Position numbers and translations under genes: made by a program. Positions 22,401 to 35,580 of a stretch of DNA of 64,000 nt are shown here, one piece after another. Under the pieces are notes generated by a model. The model was not told where the DNA came from. It did not search any database and was given only the letters and a program-made list of their open reading frames with translations. Each line of letters starts with the position of its first letter. Positions within the stretch are counted from its first letter, which is position 1. Location: the NCBI GenBank assembly GCA_002269645.1, contig NIVC01001743.1, positions 62,001-126,000 on the forward strand, given 5' to 3'. Source of the DNA: Macrostomum lignano (Eukaryota).

Positions 22401-25334
22401 TTGGGAGTGATTTTGGTTCATGAGGAGTGATTTTGGTTCATGGGGAGTGATTTTGGTTCATGAGGAGTGATTTTGGTTCATGGGGAGTGATTTTGGTTCA
22501 TTGGGAGTGATTTTGGTTCATGGGGTGATTTTGGTTCATGGGGAGTGATTTTGGTTCATTGGGAATGATTTTGGCTCATGAGGAGTGATTTTGGTTCATG
22601 GGGAGTGATTTTGGTTCATTGGGAGTGATTTTGGTTCATGAGGAGTGATTTAGGTTCATGGGGAGTGATTTTGGTTCATTGGGAATGATTTTGGCTCATG
22701 AGGAGTGATTTTGGTTCATTGGGAGTGATTTTGGTTCATGGGGAGTGATTTTGGTTCATTGGGAGTGATTTTGGTTCATGAGGAGTGATTTTGGTTCATT
22801 GGGAATGATTTTGGCTCATGGGGAGTGATTTTGGCTCATGGGGAGTGATTTTGGTTCATTGGGAGTGATTTTGGTTCATGAGGAGTGATTTTGGTTCATG
22901 AGGAGTGATTTTGGTTCATGGGGAGTGATTTTGGTTCATGAGGAGTGATTTTGGTTCATGGGGAGTGATTTTGGTTCATTGGGAGTGATTTTGGTTCATG
23001 GGGAGTGATTTTGGTTCATGGGGAGTGATTTTGGTTCATTGGGAATGATTTTGGCTCATGAGGAGTGATTTTGGTTCATGGGGAGTGATTTTGGTTCATT
23101 GGGAGTGATTTTGGTTCATGAGGAGTGATTTAGGTTCATGGGGAGTGATTTTGGTTCATTGGGAATGATTTTGGCTCATGAGGAGTGATTTTGGTTCATT
23201 GGGAGTGATTTTGGTTCATGGGGAGTGATTTTGGTTCATTGGGAGTGATTTTGGTTCATGAGGAGTGATTTTGGTTCATTGGGAATGATTTTGGCTCATG
23301 GGGAGTGATTTTGGCTCATGGGGAGTGATTTTGGTTCATTGGGAGTGATTTTGGTTCATGAGGAGTGATTTTGGTTCATGGGGAGTGATTTTGGCTTCAT
23401 GGGAGTGATTTTGGTTCATGGGAGTGATTTTGGTTCATTGATTTTGGTTCATGGGAGTGATTTTGGTTCATTTGATGGTTCATGGGGATTTTGGTTCATG
23501 GGGAGTGATTTTGGTTCATGGGGAGTGATTTTGGTTCATGGGGAGTGATTTTGGTTCATTACTTGACTTGAAAAACATTACTCAAAAAAGTACGCATTGG
23601 AACATTCACACCCTGTTATCACTGCAGCCAGTCGCTGTCCGATCTGCAGTCGCATTTTGCTTCGACGGGAACGTCGAATCAGTCGATGAAAAACGACTTT
23701 CCGGATCGACAGTTGCAGCAGCAGCTGCAGCCGAAATGTAAGAGTGCCTTTGGAGACTGGCGCTGGCGCCCAATTTACAGACACAGTTGGCGCCCGATTT
23801 ACAGACAGATGGTGCCCGATTTACAGACAGATGGTGCCCAATTTACAGACACATTTGGCGCCCAATTTACAGACACAGATGGTGCCCAATTTACATACAC
23901 AGATGGTGCCCAATTTACATACACAGATGGCGCCCAATTTACATACACAGATGGTGCCCGATTTACAGACAGATGGTGCCCAATTTACAGACACAGATGG
24001 TGCCCAATTTACATACACAGATGGTGCCCAATTTACAGACACAGATGGCGCCCAATTTACATACACAGATGGTGCCCGATTTACAGACAGATGGTGCCCA
24101 ATTTACAGACACATTTGGCGCCCAATTTACAGACACAGATGGTGCCCGATTTACAGACAGATGGCGCCCAATTTACAGACAGATGGCGCCCAATTTACAG
24201 ACACATATGGTGCCCAATTTACAGACACATTTGGCGCCCAATTTACAGACACAGATGGTGCCCAATTTACAGACACAGATGGTGCCCGATTTACAGACAC
24301 AGATGGTGCCCAATTTACAGACAGATGGCGCCCAATTTACAGACAGATGGTACCCAATTTACAGACAGATGGTGCCCGATTTACAGACACAGATGGTGCC
24401 CAATTTACAGACACAGATGGTGCCCGATTTACAGAGGCAGATGGTGCCCAAATTACAGAGGCAGATGGTGCCCAATTTACAGACACAGATGGTGCCCAAT
24501 TTACAGACACAGATGGTGCCCAATTTACAGACACAGATGGTGCCCAATTTACAGACAGATGGTACCCAATTTACAGACACAGATGGTACCCAATTTACAG
24601 ACACAGATTGTGCCCAATTTACAGACAGATGGCGCCCAATTTACAGACACAGATGGTGCCCAATTTACAGAGGCAGATGGTGCCCAATTTACAGACACAG
24701 ATGGTGCCCAATTTACAGACAGATGGCGCCCAATTTACAGACACAGATGCTGCCCAATTTACAGACACAGATGGTACCCAATTTACAGACACAGATGGTG
24801 CCTTCGTTTTTAAGCCACAGTTTCAAAAGAGACATGTAAAAGTGCATTTTCTTTAAGTAGAGTTGAAAAGTAGTATATGCAGCGAAAGTATTCCAGTTAA
24901 AACAGGTTAATTTTCCAACACTAGGCCGTGACCAGCAGCCGCCTCATCCGCGCCTCTCAATCGACGCTCGTCGCCAACTGCTGGAGGCGCACGCCGAGGC
25001 GCAGAGCCTTCGCGACCGCCTAGCAACGGAGCGCGGTCGGACCTCACGTTGGGAGCTGGCCGCCCAGATGGAGGAGCGCCGCCTATCGGAGGCGCGCGAC
25101 CGACTGGCGGCCACCCAGGGCGAGTTCGAGCAGACGGAGAAGCTGCTGGCCGAGACGCTGGCCGAGACCGACCAGCTGAGACGTCGGGCAGCCGAGCTGG
25201 ACGCCTGCGCCAACGAGATGCTCGAACGGTTCGGCCAGCAGCCGAGCAACACCGGAAGCATGGTGGCTTCGAGTCGCGGTAGCAACGTCATTGTAATAAC
25301 CAAATCCTCGAAGCACCTGTCTGGCAAGGCTTGA
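16498..25334 (+). CDS. neurabin/spinophilin (PPP1R9)-like PDZ and coiled-coil protein, 5 exons, about 457 aa
   Basis: Exons 16498-16850, 18572-18854, 19744-19961, 23628-23737 and 24925-25334 are phase-consistent. AELERRANRLRQLTIEL..DGLGVGLAGVG..ERIGVYVKSLTPGGWAERDGRIRLGDQ|ILEINN..LVAVT resembles the neurabin PDZ domain and the residues before it. The N-terminal VARIRQMF resembles the actin-binding motif, and the C-terminus has heptad repeats. Confidence 0.8.
16880..17290 (+). repeat. degenerate 12-bp purine-rich repeat (GAGAGTGAGATG) in intron 1
   Basis: Direct reading. Confidence 0.85.
17985..18410 (+). repeat. degenerate ~23-bp repeat (CCACCGATAATCTCCTTGTAAAT)
   Basis: Direct reading. Confidence 0.85.
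18890..19435 (+). repeat. 21/20-bp minisatellite in intron 2
   Basis: TTTAAGCTCCCTCTGTTGCAA grades into GTGAAGCGCCCCTGTTGCAA. Confidence 0.95.
19964..23545 (+). repeat. 20-bp minisatellite, about 3.6 kb, filling intron 3
   Basis: Unit GGGGAGTGATTTTGGTTCAT with GAGG, TGGG and AATG variants. It starts within the donor site. Confidence 0.98.
23755..24800 (+). repeat. 24/20-bp minisatellite in intron 4
   Basis: Unit GATGGTGCCCAATTTACAGACACA, with variants lacking 4 nt. Confidence 0.97.
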
Positions 25335-25674
25335 ATTATTAACTAGGTCGTAAATACAGACATCTACAGCTCGTGGTTTCACATCGTCAAATAGACCTCT
25401 CTAGTCAACTCTCGCTATAGCTCACACCCTAACATGTGCGAACGATTTCGATTCAACATAAAAATATTGGTCACTCTTAGCGGAGCCATAGACTACTTTT
25501 TTTAATAGTAGTACACGTAGCTTAAATGCATTTTAAACGATTTTTAACAGTCTTTATTCATAGACAATCTGCTAAGAGTCCCGCGTGGAGCTGCATGGTC
25601 TCCCATCGCGTCTTCGACAATTGACTGCCACAATCATGGCAACCAGCAATTTGACTGACAAGAGTTAGAGATCT

Positions 25675-25865
25675 GACTGCCAGTGACATTTGACTGCTAG
25701 TGACATTTGACTGCCAGTGAGATTTGACTGCTAGTGAGTGAGTGAGTGACATTTGACTGCTAGTGAGTGAGTGAGTGACATTTGAATGCCAGTGAAATTT
25801 GACTGCTAGTGAGTGACATTTGACTGCTAGTGACGTTTGACTGCCAGTGATATTTGACTGCTAGT
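25675..25865 (+). repeat. short 19-bp-core repeat (GACATTTGACTGCTAGTGA) with GAGT inserts
   Basis: Direct reading. Confidence 0.85.
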
Positions 25866-26843
25866 GCCAATTGGCTCGCGGTTGCAGCCCTTGCTGGATC
25901 CGTACCTGCGTCCTGAGCGACACTGCAGATCCTGGCTCTTCACAGAAAGCTGTTGTCAAAATTAACATAGGACGGCTTATCGAACTTGTTCGAGAGTCAT
26001 TCTCTGCGGTGCTTCAAAGAGTTACGCTAGCGCCGTTCCTGTTCGTTCAGGAGCTTAAATGGATGCTGTAGATTGCTCTTCTCTTTAACGACGATGGCTT
26101 TCTGCGTGTCGTACGACATCAAGACTGACATTTGTTGCTCGGAGACGCGGACGCACAGACGACAGCACTTCCACGATGTCCTCTACGAATTCCTCTACCT
26201 TGATTGTCTGTTTCCCCGACGTCCGCGCGAGATTCTGACGCGTCGCCTGGACGCTGACGGATTCGCTCGAACAATTTCGAGCACTAAACGCTTACAGCTT
26301 ATCAACTTTATAAACAGGGGAAACTAGCCTAGATGAGTACCGTAGACTCCTTCGTGGTGCTAGTAACAGAGGAAAGGATGTTCTTCAACAAATTGTTTAG
26401 GAGCGGAGTATTCGCTGAGTCGAAATTATAGCCGAGAGCTGGTGTGACGTACTGGAGATGCGGAGATGCGTAAAACGTTAAGGTGCCATTTGTCCGGGAA
26501 CAACAAGACAGCAGCAGAATTTCAAGAGAAATTCTCATTCTCTTGAAATTCTGGAAGACACTGCCATTGTCATCAAGTTTTTTGAAACGCCGCCATTTTA
26601 AACTTGGGTTTTCAAGTTTAAGCAGCTTCTCACAAGAGCAAACCCTCACTTTATTATCTTTATTAAAGAATGCAAAAAATCGACAAAACACACAGTAGGT
26701 TTTCTTGTTCCAAAAAAGACTGAAAAGCAGAAGCCCTTCGGATCGAATCGCGTATTATATTTTATTTATTAAATTTCATAATTATACTAGCCAACAATCC
26801 AGCAGACTTTACCGCATTAATAACTGTCATTAACCATTCGAGT

Positions 26844-27338
26844 CTACTCGGGCACAGCGTAGCTACCATCGTTCACTTTGTCGATGATATCGTGCGGATT
26901 CGAACCATCGACCGTGCAGCCAACGGACTGAGCTGTGCCAAGAATCTCTTTAACAGTGCCGGCCATAGTCTTAGCCATCGATCTCGGCCGCATCGTCTTA
27001 GCGATGTCAACAACCTCGTCGAAGGTGATGTTGCCAGTGTGCTTGACGTGTTTGACCTTCTTGCGATCGCGCGGCGGCTCGTTCAGAGCGCGGATGACCA
27101 AGGCGGAAGCCGTGGGCACCACGCTGGCCACCGCCTGACGGTTCTGAATGACCAGCTTCACCGTCACCTTCAAGCCCTTCCATTCCTTCGTAGCCTTGGC
27201 AATGTCTTCGCCGACCTTCTTTGGCGACAGGCCAAGCGGCCCAATTTTTGGCGCCAACGACGCTGTGGCGCCGACTTCGCCTCCGACGGCGCGCAGATAA
27301 ACAATGTTGATAGCGGTCGGGTCAATCTTGGGCGGCAT
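26844..27338 (-). CDS. RPL12: 60S ribosomal protein L12 (uL11), intronless CDS, 164 aa
   Basis: [90 protein letters not shown] lies about 75 nt after the stop (26761-26770). Confidence 0.98.
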   Translation of the reverse strand: MPPKIDPTAINIVYLRAVGGEVGATASLAPKIGPLGLSPKKVGEDIAKATKEWKGLKVTVKLVIQNRQAVASVVPTASALVIRALNEPPRDRKKVKHVKHTGNITFDEVVDIAKTMRPRSMAKTMAGTVKEILGTAQSVGCTVDGSNPHDIIDKVNDGSYAVPE

Positions 27339-27469
27339 GGCTGCGGCTGCTGTCTCTTAGAGGGTCGAACCTGCTCAGCATGCAAGTTTTGAGTTTTCAA
27401 AGCAATTAGGGATTAGTGAAAGAATGCTCTAAGAGTTACTTTCTTTTTGAGGGAAGCAAGGAGATAGGA

Positions 27470-28920
27470 CAGGTGAGAGATGCAATAGAGACAGGTGAGA
27501 GATGCAATACAGACAGGTGAGAGATGCAATACAGACAGGTGTGAGAGATGCAATAGAGACAGTTGAGAGATGCAATAGAGACGGGTGAGAGATGCAATAC
27601 AGACAGTTGAGAGATGCAATAGAGACAGTTGAGAGATGCAATACAGACAGTTGAGAGATGCAATAGAGACAGTTGAGAGATGCAATAGAGACGGGTGAGA
27701 GATGCAATACAGACAGGTGAGAGATGCAATAGAGACAGTTGAGAGATGCAATAGAGACGGGTGAGAGATGCAATACAGACAGTTGAGAGATGCAATAGAG
27801 ACGGGTGAGAGATGCAATAGAGACAGGTGAGAGATGCAATACAGACAGGTGTGAGAGATGCAATACAGACAGGTAAGAAATGCAGTACAGACAGGTGAGA
27901 GATGCAATACAGACAGGTAAGAAATGCAGTACAGACAGGTGAGAGATGCAATACAGACAGGTGAGAAATGCAGTACAGACAGGTGAGAGATGCAATACAG
28001 ACAGGTGAGAAATGCAATACAGACAGGTGAGAAATGCAGTACAGACAGGTGAGAGATGCAATACAGACAGGTGAGAGATGCAATACAGACAGGTAAGAAA
28101 TGCAGTACAGACAGGTGAGAAATGCAGTACAGACAGGTGAGAGATGCAATACAGACAGGTGAGAGATGCAATACAGACAGGTAAGAAATGCAGTACAGAC
28201 AGGTGAGAAATGCAGTACAGACAGGTGAGAGATGCAATACAGACAGGCGAGAGATGCAATACAGACAGGTGAGAGATGCAATACAGACAGGTAAGAAATG
28301 CAGTACAGACAGGTGAGAAATGCAGTACAGACAGGTGAGAGATGCAATACAGACAGGTGAGAGATGCAATACAGACAGGTAAGAAATGCAGTACAGACAG
28401 GTGAGAGATGCAATACAGACAGTTGAGAGATGCAATACAGACAGGTGAGAAATGCAATACAGACAGGTGAGAGATGCAATACAGACAGGTGAGAGATGCA
28501 ATAGAGACGGGTGAGAGATGCAATAGAGACGGGTGAGATGCAATACAGACAGGTGAGAGATGCAATACAGACAGGTAAGAAATGCAGTACAGACAGGTGA
28601 GAGATGCAATACAGACAGGTGAGAGATGCAATAGAGACGGGTGAGAGATGCAATAGAGACGGGTGAGATGCAATACAGACAGGTGAGAGAGAGATGCAAT
28701 ACAGACAGGTGAGAGATGCAATACAGACAGGTGAGAGATGCAATACAGACAGGTGAGAGATGCAATAGAGACGGGTGAGAGATGCAATACAGACAGGTGA
28801 GAGATGCAATACAGACAGGTGAGAGATACAATACAGACAGGTGAGAGATGCAATACAGACAGGTGAGAGATGCAATACAGACAGGTGTGAGAGATGAGAG
28901 AAGATACAGGTGAGAGAAGA
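27470..28920 (+). repeat. 22-bp minisatellite between calumenin and RPL12
   Basis: Unit GAGAGATGCAATACAGACAGGT. Source of the three ~500-aa CIASLT ORFs. Confidence 0.97.
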
Positions 28921-29388
28921 TACAAAAAGAAGACAGGTGAGAGAAGATACAAAAACAGTAAGCAATAATAAAAAACAGAGAAACAAAACAATTAAAATTA
29001 TGCTAAAAAGCAAACAGACTAATTATGCAGGCATTTTAATGCATGTGTATGCGCGTTAATACAGTAAATCCACAATGAATAAAGCTTGAAGCAGATTTAC
29101 CAGAAAATCAAGCAGCAGAACACGTACCGACAATCATTTTGCAACATTATGGGAGTTGAAAAAAAGAGTATCGAATGAAACCGAAAGCTCCGCTCTTATA
29201 CCACCAGTAAAGGGAAATACTAACAGACAAATTGTAAGGCCTTATAAGAGTTGGCGAGCTCAGATATGAATCAACAGTCGAACTATTTAACAAAAATCTG
29301 AATAAAATAAATCAAATGAATTATAAGAAAATTCAAATTGTTCGCTCTTAACTCCGTTTGCAAAATGTCAGAACAAGAACTTGTCTTC

Positions 29389-31017
29389 TCAAAGCTCTTC
29401 GTGATTGCGCAACGCTTCGCCAAAGTCCGTAGCCTGACTGCCGGCAAAGATGTCGTGATGGTCCAGAATCTCCTGTTTTGATAAGCGGCCGTCTTTGTCC
29501 AAATCAGCTTGGCTGAACAGGTGCTTGGTCTCCGCGTCCACCTGCAGTTTGGGGGGGGGGTGAAATTTTAGTAGAGCTGATGGGAGAAAGTCTGTGGGGT
29601 GGGGATTAAGGGCGATTCTATGGGGGGTTGAGGGCGATTCTGTGGCGGATTGAGGACGATTCTATTTGAGATTAAGGGCGATTCTATAGGGGGATTAAGA
29701 GCGGATTCTATGAGGGGATTAAGGGCGATTCTATGGGGGATTAAGGGCGATTCTATGGGGGATTAGGGCGATTCTATGGGGGGATTAAGGGCGATTCTAT
29801 AGGGGGATTAGGGCGATTCTATGGCGGATTGAGGACGATTCTATTTGAGATTAGGGGCGATTCTATAGGGGGATTAAGAGCGGATTCTATGAGGGGATTA
29901 AGGGCGATTATATGGGGGATTAAGGGCGATTCTATGGGGGATTAGGGCGATTCTATGGGGGATTAAGGGCGATTCTATAGGGGGATTAGGGCGATTCTAT
30001 GGCGGATTGAGGACGATTCTATTTGAGATTAAGGGCGATTCTATAGGGGGATTAAGAGCGGATTCTATGAGGGGATTAAAGGCGATTATATGAGGGATTA
30101 AGAGCGGATTCTATGAGGGGATTAAGGGCGATTATATGGGGGGATTAAGGGCGATTCTATAGGGGGATTAGGGCGATTCTATAGGGGGATTAGGGCGATT
30201 CTATAGGGGGATTAGGGCGATTCTATGGGGGGATTAAGGGCGATTCTATAGGGGGATTAGGGCGATTCTATAGGGGGATTAGGGCGATTCTATGGGGGGA
30301 TTAAGGGCGGTTCTATGAGGGTCAACGGCGATTCTATGGGGGAATAAGGGCGATTCTATGGGGATTAAGGGGATTAAGGATAAATTCAAAACTATATAGT
30401 CAAGAAATGCCTTAGTTCAGGCACTAAAACTCACCTGATCATAATTAGTCGGCAGTATCCAGGCCGATACCTCAGCCAGATCAAGCTTGCCATCCTTATT
30501 AGCGTCCCGCTGCGATCGGAACGTGTCCCGCTCCTGCTGGACCCAGTCCGGCTCCGGCTCCCCGCTGTCCTTGCCCGACCACATGTCGCCGATGTATTCG
30601 GCTTCGTCAATCGCGCCGTCGCCGTTACGGTCGAGATCTTCCAGCGATTCCAAGGCGACAAGTTCGCGCATGTGGGCAGCCTCCTCCGGATGGGCGAAGT
30701 CGGTGAACTCGGCCAGGCTCAGCAGGCCGTCGGCGTCTCGGTCGGCGCGTTGCCAACGGCGACGCTCCCGTTCGATTGTCTTGGTGGTGTGCGGGCCTGG
30801 GGATGGGCCGAACACCTTCGTCTGGGGGATGGGAAGGGGGCTGATCATGCTCATATCTGCATGTCTGTGTATTTATAGCCACAGTGGCCTGTCTGTGTCT
30901 GTCTGTCTGTCTGTCTGTATGCCTGTCTGTTTGATTTAGTTTCTGTCTGCCTGCCCGTATGCCTGTTTGTCCTAGTATCTGTCTGTCTGTCTGTCTCTCT
31001 CTGTCTGTCTGCCTGCC

Positions 31018-31048
<31 letters not shown>

Positions 31049-31064
31049 GTTTGTCTGTCTGCCA

Positions 31065-31124
<60 letters not shown>

Positions 31125-31702
31125 TTCTATCTGTCAGTCAGTCAGTCTTTGCCTTAGTAGTCTGTCTGCACATCTAGCTCTCTGTCTTAGCATATCAGGC
31201 ATACACATAGTGCCCAGCTGCCCGCAGCCTGTTCTGCACATTGCGTTCATACATGAATTACGCCAGTCACCTTATAGGTATCCCAGTCGATCTTGGCGTC
31301 CTCCTTGCCGTCGCTATAGTCGTTAAACTGCCTTTTGCTGTTCTCGCGCACATACCGTTTGGCAATGTAATCAATCCAGCTGTACATCTCCTGCTGCGTC
31401 ACGAAACCGTCGCCGTCTTTGTCAATCTTGTCAACAATTTTAGCCAAAGCCGCGGTGCTCTGCTCCGGCGTCATCTGGTCGAATTTCTCCGAGTCCTCGT
31501 GGCCGAGAAATGCCTCATGATCAAATTTGTGATCGTCGGCTAGAGGGTCTTCGTTGTGTGGCAAATCGCTTAGCGGCTTCTCACCCTTGGCTATGCGATC
31601 TTTGCTGCTGACATGGAGAGCCGGGTTGCCGTAGCAACTGTTGCTATGGAGCAGTGTTACAATTAGCAGTAGAATTACTGCAGAGCAAATCTTGGAACCC
31701 AT
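29389..31702 (-). CDS. CALU: calumenin/reticulocalbin (CREC family) EF-hand ER protein, 3 exons, about 323 aa
   Basis: Exons 31271-31702, 30435-30821 and 29389-29541. Signal peptide, DHEAFLG, multiple EF-hands ([60 protein letters not shown]), [11 protein letters not shown] and a C-terminal HEEL ER-retention-like signal. CALU versus RCN cannot be resolved. Confidence 0.93.
29590..30370 (+). repeat. 21-22-bp G-rich minisatellite in calumenin intron 2
   Basis: Unit GGGGGATTAAGGGCGATTCTAT, with a ~178-bp higher-order period (marker GCGGATTGAGGACGATTCTATTTGAG at about 29645, 29824 and 30002). Confidence 0.95.
30885..31190 (+). repeat. (CTGT)n / (GACA)n microsatellite in calumenin intron 1
   Basis: Direct reading. 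Confidence 0.95.
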
Positions 31703-34700
31703 GCGAGTGCGTGACTGCATGAACAGAGTAAAATCAGAAGATTATAAATCAAATAAAATTGGCTCAGCAGCTGAGTGGCCACAAAGCCCTGGTTAGCTCT
31801 CATGCAAAGCCACATTATACTGGGGTTTGTGCAAAAAAACTAACTAATTCAGACCTATGAGCTGGTTTTCTTAGTGTCACAATTGTAATAGCATTGGTAT
31901 ATTGGGTCCAAATTCAGGATTATTTTATATTAAATGCCAACAGTCTATATTTAAGGTTTAGTAAGGTATGAAATAGGGATTGGATGATATCACATTTCTG
32001 CATCGAGATTTAAGATTAAGCAGTTAAGCCTAATTAGTATATAGTAGGCCTATTTACACTATTATATCTATCATTGCTAATTAATATTATTTGTTAAATG
32101 TGTACAATGATGATAATAGAAGGAAAAACAAATAATATAAAATATTGAGCTTGTTAGTAATTTGATGTGTATTTAATATAACACTGACGTACTGACAATA
32201 TCCTAGTCACCAATAGTCACAGAGTCACAAATCTTAACTTTTGAAATCTTGAAACCAAGATTGAGATTGAGAAAATTGCCAAGGTCCTGACAATTAAGAT
32301 CGAGATCTTATTTGATCCCTAGTATGAAAATAGGTCTAATGTAGAATAGCTATACAAAATAATATTTTGCAACTGCCAACTATACAAAAAATATATTTGT
32401 GCCTTTTGATACATATGAATATCAACTTGACTGCTTCTTGATTAAGCCTATTTTCTCTTTTCTTTATTTTTTTTCCTTTTTATTTTCCTGGCAATCTTTC
32501 ATTTCACTTTTGTATAGTCATGCTTAGACGCAACCTAGGGATTCACCTGACCATTTCTATTGACAACACACACACATGAGTCACTATTGGACAGAATAGT
32601 AGTCATGTGACTGCTCTTAGCCAATAGCAACTTACATGTGTGTGTTGCCAATAGAAATCGCTGAGTGAATCCCAAGGTTGCATATGCATGTGTATAGTTA
32701 ACTATTTTTTTAGAATTTTGTAATTTAAATGGGTATAAAATGATGTGGCTTAAAAGATTTATATTAGGCACAAACTCTAACTATCATTTTGGTCAATAGA
32801 CTTAGTCATGGTCAATGGTCATGGTCAATGTAGGACAAATTCAATTAACTTATCAATATGATTTATAGTCAATATCAGGTGATATAACTAATTTGTCTTT
32901 ATAGTTTAGGCTGTCTTATTGAATTACCAAAACTATGGCTAGCCATAGTGGCTAATAGCCACCTACTTACATCTAGAGAGGGCCTGAAAATTTGGCTAGA
33001 ATTTTGGGTACCCAAAATTTTGGGCATTTTCATTTCAAATTTTTGGGTATAGTTTCAATTTTGGGTATTACACTTTTGGGTAGATTGATACCCAAATTTT
33101 TAAGCTCATTGTATTATATAAGATTCATTAGAACCATTTGCTATATATGCTACACTTTCTATAAAAGGTTTGGGTCTGTCCTAATTTCATTATTGGGTCA
33201 GATAAATGCTTGAATGAAATGTGCAATCTATAGTGACTCAGTCAAAACAGGGTAAGAAAAAAACAACTTGGAAGGTAGGTGAGATTAATCACTTTAACAC
33301 TAGAGTCTAGACTAGGCACTGCTAGGGCATGGATAGGATACCAGACATAGTCACAATTAGTGAATTAATCTATATAAATTGATAATAAGCCTATAAACTT
33401 AATATAGAAAATAAGAGGCAAATCTAAATCTGCACCATTTAATTCCTCCCTCTTCTTTGTATGTTTGTCACTTCAGCCAACCCCTCCTCTTTTCTCCCCT
33501 AATCCTTCAATGTTTGCCACTTTAAACCCTCTTTCTCTTTTTTTCTCTCTTTATAAATTCATAATGGAATTTTATGGGTTTGCCTTGCCACCTAAACTTG
33601 TGGGCTCTACTGATCACACTCTCCTTTCATTATTTGATTCCAAACCCCCAAGTTGGCAACCCTCAAACACCAAAATCTGAGCCTAGTCTTGTGCAAGCTT
33701 TATATTGATTGAAAACAAATAAAATTGAAATGCTTGCCAGGTATATTCTTGTTGTGTTTGCTTTCAACATGGATTCTAAACATCTTTTCAGAGTTGAGGG
33801 ACTCATTGTGACTAAGAAGAGGAATTGGCTTTTAGCTAAAACCTCAGCTAGCTATTGTTCATTGAAGCTAATTTGAACTTAGTCTTAAGGCTCTAAATAT
33901 GCTTAATGAATAATGATATTCTTGAATATTTCAAATGAATATGATTGAAATATAAACTATATCTTAATTGCATGTATGCTTAATTGCATTGTTGGCTTTA
34001 AAATTTTGGGTTTTAGGTAGTAGCAAAAATCTTTTTTGGGCCATCTCTATCTTTATCTATAACCATTGTTTATTGTTGCTATTATATAGTCATTTCTTTC
34101 CTTAGGCTAGAAAAAGACTGTAAAAGGGAACTAGGCCTACCTGAACATATTTTAGGGCCTAGTGATAAGAAAATAGGCCTAGGCCTAGGCCGCCTAGTAT
34201 GCTAAAATACAGATTTTCTATGCTACAATACTAACTAAGGCTGAGATAGAGCTTACTATTGATTTGTGCCAACTGTCTGCTACTCCCATGTGAAGGGCCT
34301 AAACCCTATGGACTAGGCCTAGGCCTATGGTGATTGATTAAGACCAATAGCAAGAACAACAATGTGAAGATTAGGCCTCTATTTTCACCTGGAACTTTAG
34401 GCTTTAGCCATTGCCCATTGCTGACATAGACTACATTGGTGGGCAAATGGGGAATACATAGGCCTAGCTTAGTAGATAGACAGGGACAGCTTGCTTAGGA
34501 CTAGGCCTACTAAGCAGTAAGCTTAAAAGCTTAGTTCCCTTTGTAGAAAGATTTTGGCTTTAAAAAACCATTAGCATTAGCCAAATTCCAAATACACTAT
34601 TTCCTAGGCCTATCGTAATAGTCCTAATTCCGAAACTAACATGACTAGGTAGGCCCTAAGACCTAGGAATAAATGAAATCTATTCCTATATCCTAAATCT

Positions 34701-34740
34701 TCTAATATACTAAACCCATACACTAAAATGACGACAAATT

Positions 34741-35580
34741 ATAGGGTGCGTTCAGTACGTACGCTTGACATGACATGACAACACGGGACGGTTCTGAAGG
34801 CACCCGTGTCCATCCTAAAAAATATAATTTGTACAATTTTTTTCAAACAAAACAATAATGCAACGTGCTATATTTAAAACTTCACAAATAATAGCTTAAA
34901 AAAGCAGTCCTAAATTGTTTTTACATTTTTTGTTAAATCTAGTCACTTAAGCAGATTTTTAAAAATAGAGCTTTTCTACGAAGTTTTTATTCCCACCATC
35001 ACGATTCACATCCTTGGTACGGGTTCTTGGCGCATTTCTGCAGAAAAGTCTCTATTTCTATAGAAAAAAATCTATTTAATAAGCAATAGACCATAAGTCT
35101 TTAGATGTCAAAAGTTGCTGATTTTTTGTCCTTTTTTAGGCCTCCCAACAGTATATTTACACGTATACAATTATCGCCAAATAGATTATGAGCAATCCTT
35201 TTACTCGATAGTCGATAGGCCTATTTTTTCGTAAAAACCGCAAAAAAACTTATACGCTCTTTCAAATATTATATTTTATACAATTTTGTTATCACCTAAT
35301 AAATATCTATATAACTTATTTTTATAACCTATGGGCTAAACTGTTTTGCGCAATATCGCCAACTACATACATAAATTTCACGCAATACCTTTTAGCTCGT
35401 AACTCCCTGCTTTTTCTTCTCGTTTTTTCACCTCGTTAGTCGTCCGAAGTTTCGTCAACAAAATTTACGCGTTATTTAAAATACTATATAATTGCAAAAC
35501 TTGTACTTTGCAATCGTAGTAAATAACTAATGCTAAAATATTGCCTTCTGTTCCTGAAGTAATCTTAAAATACACAGAAA
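34741..35580. promoter_or_regulatory. CpG-retaining island, candidate bidirectional promoter region for calumenin and CPT2
   Basis: About 30 CpG in 840 bp counted by eye, versus about 9 in the preceding 3 kb. It lies between two divergently oriented genes. Confidence 0.5.

Noticed and set aside
23686-24856. Three 350-375-aa ORFs (TDTDGAQF and related)
   Set aside because: They are three frames of a 24/20-bp intronic array. Only 23628-23737 is exonic.
27413-29013. Three ~500-aa Cys/Leu-rich ORFs
   Set aside because: Stop-free 22-bp repeat read in all three frames.
31703-31720. Upstream ATG for calumenin used by the ORF track
   Set aside because: It lies upstream of a likely splice acceptor. 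The ATG at 31702 starts directly with the signal peptide.
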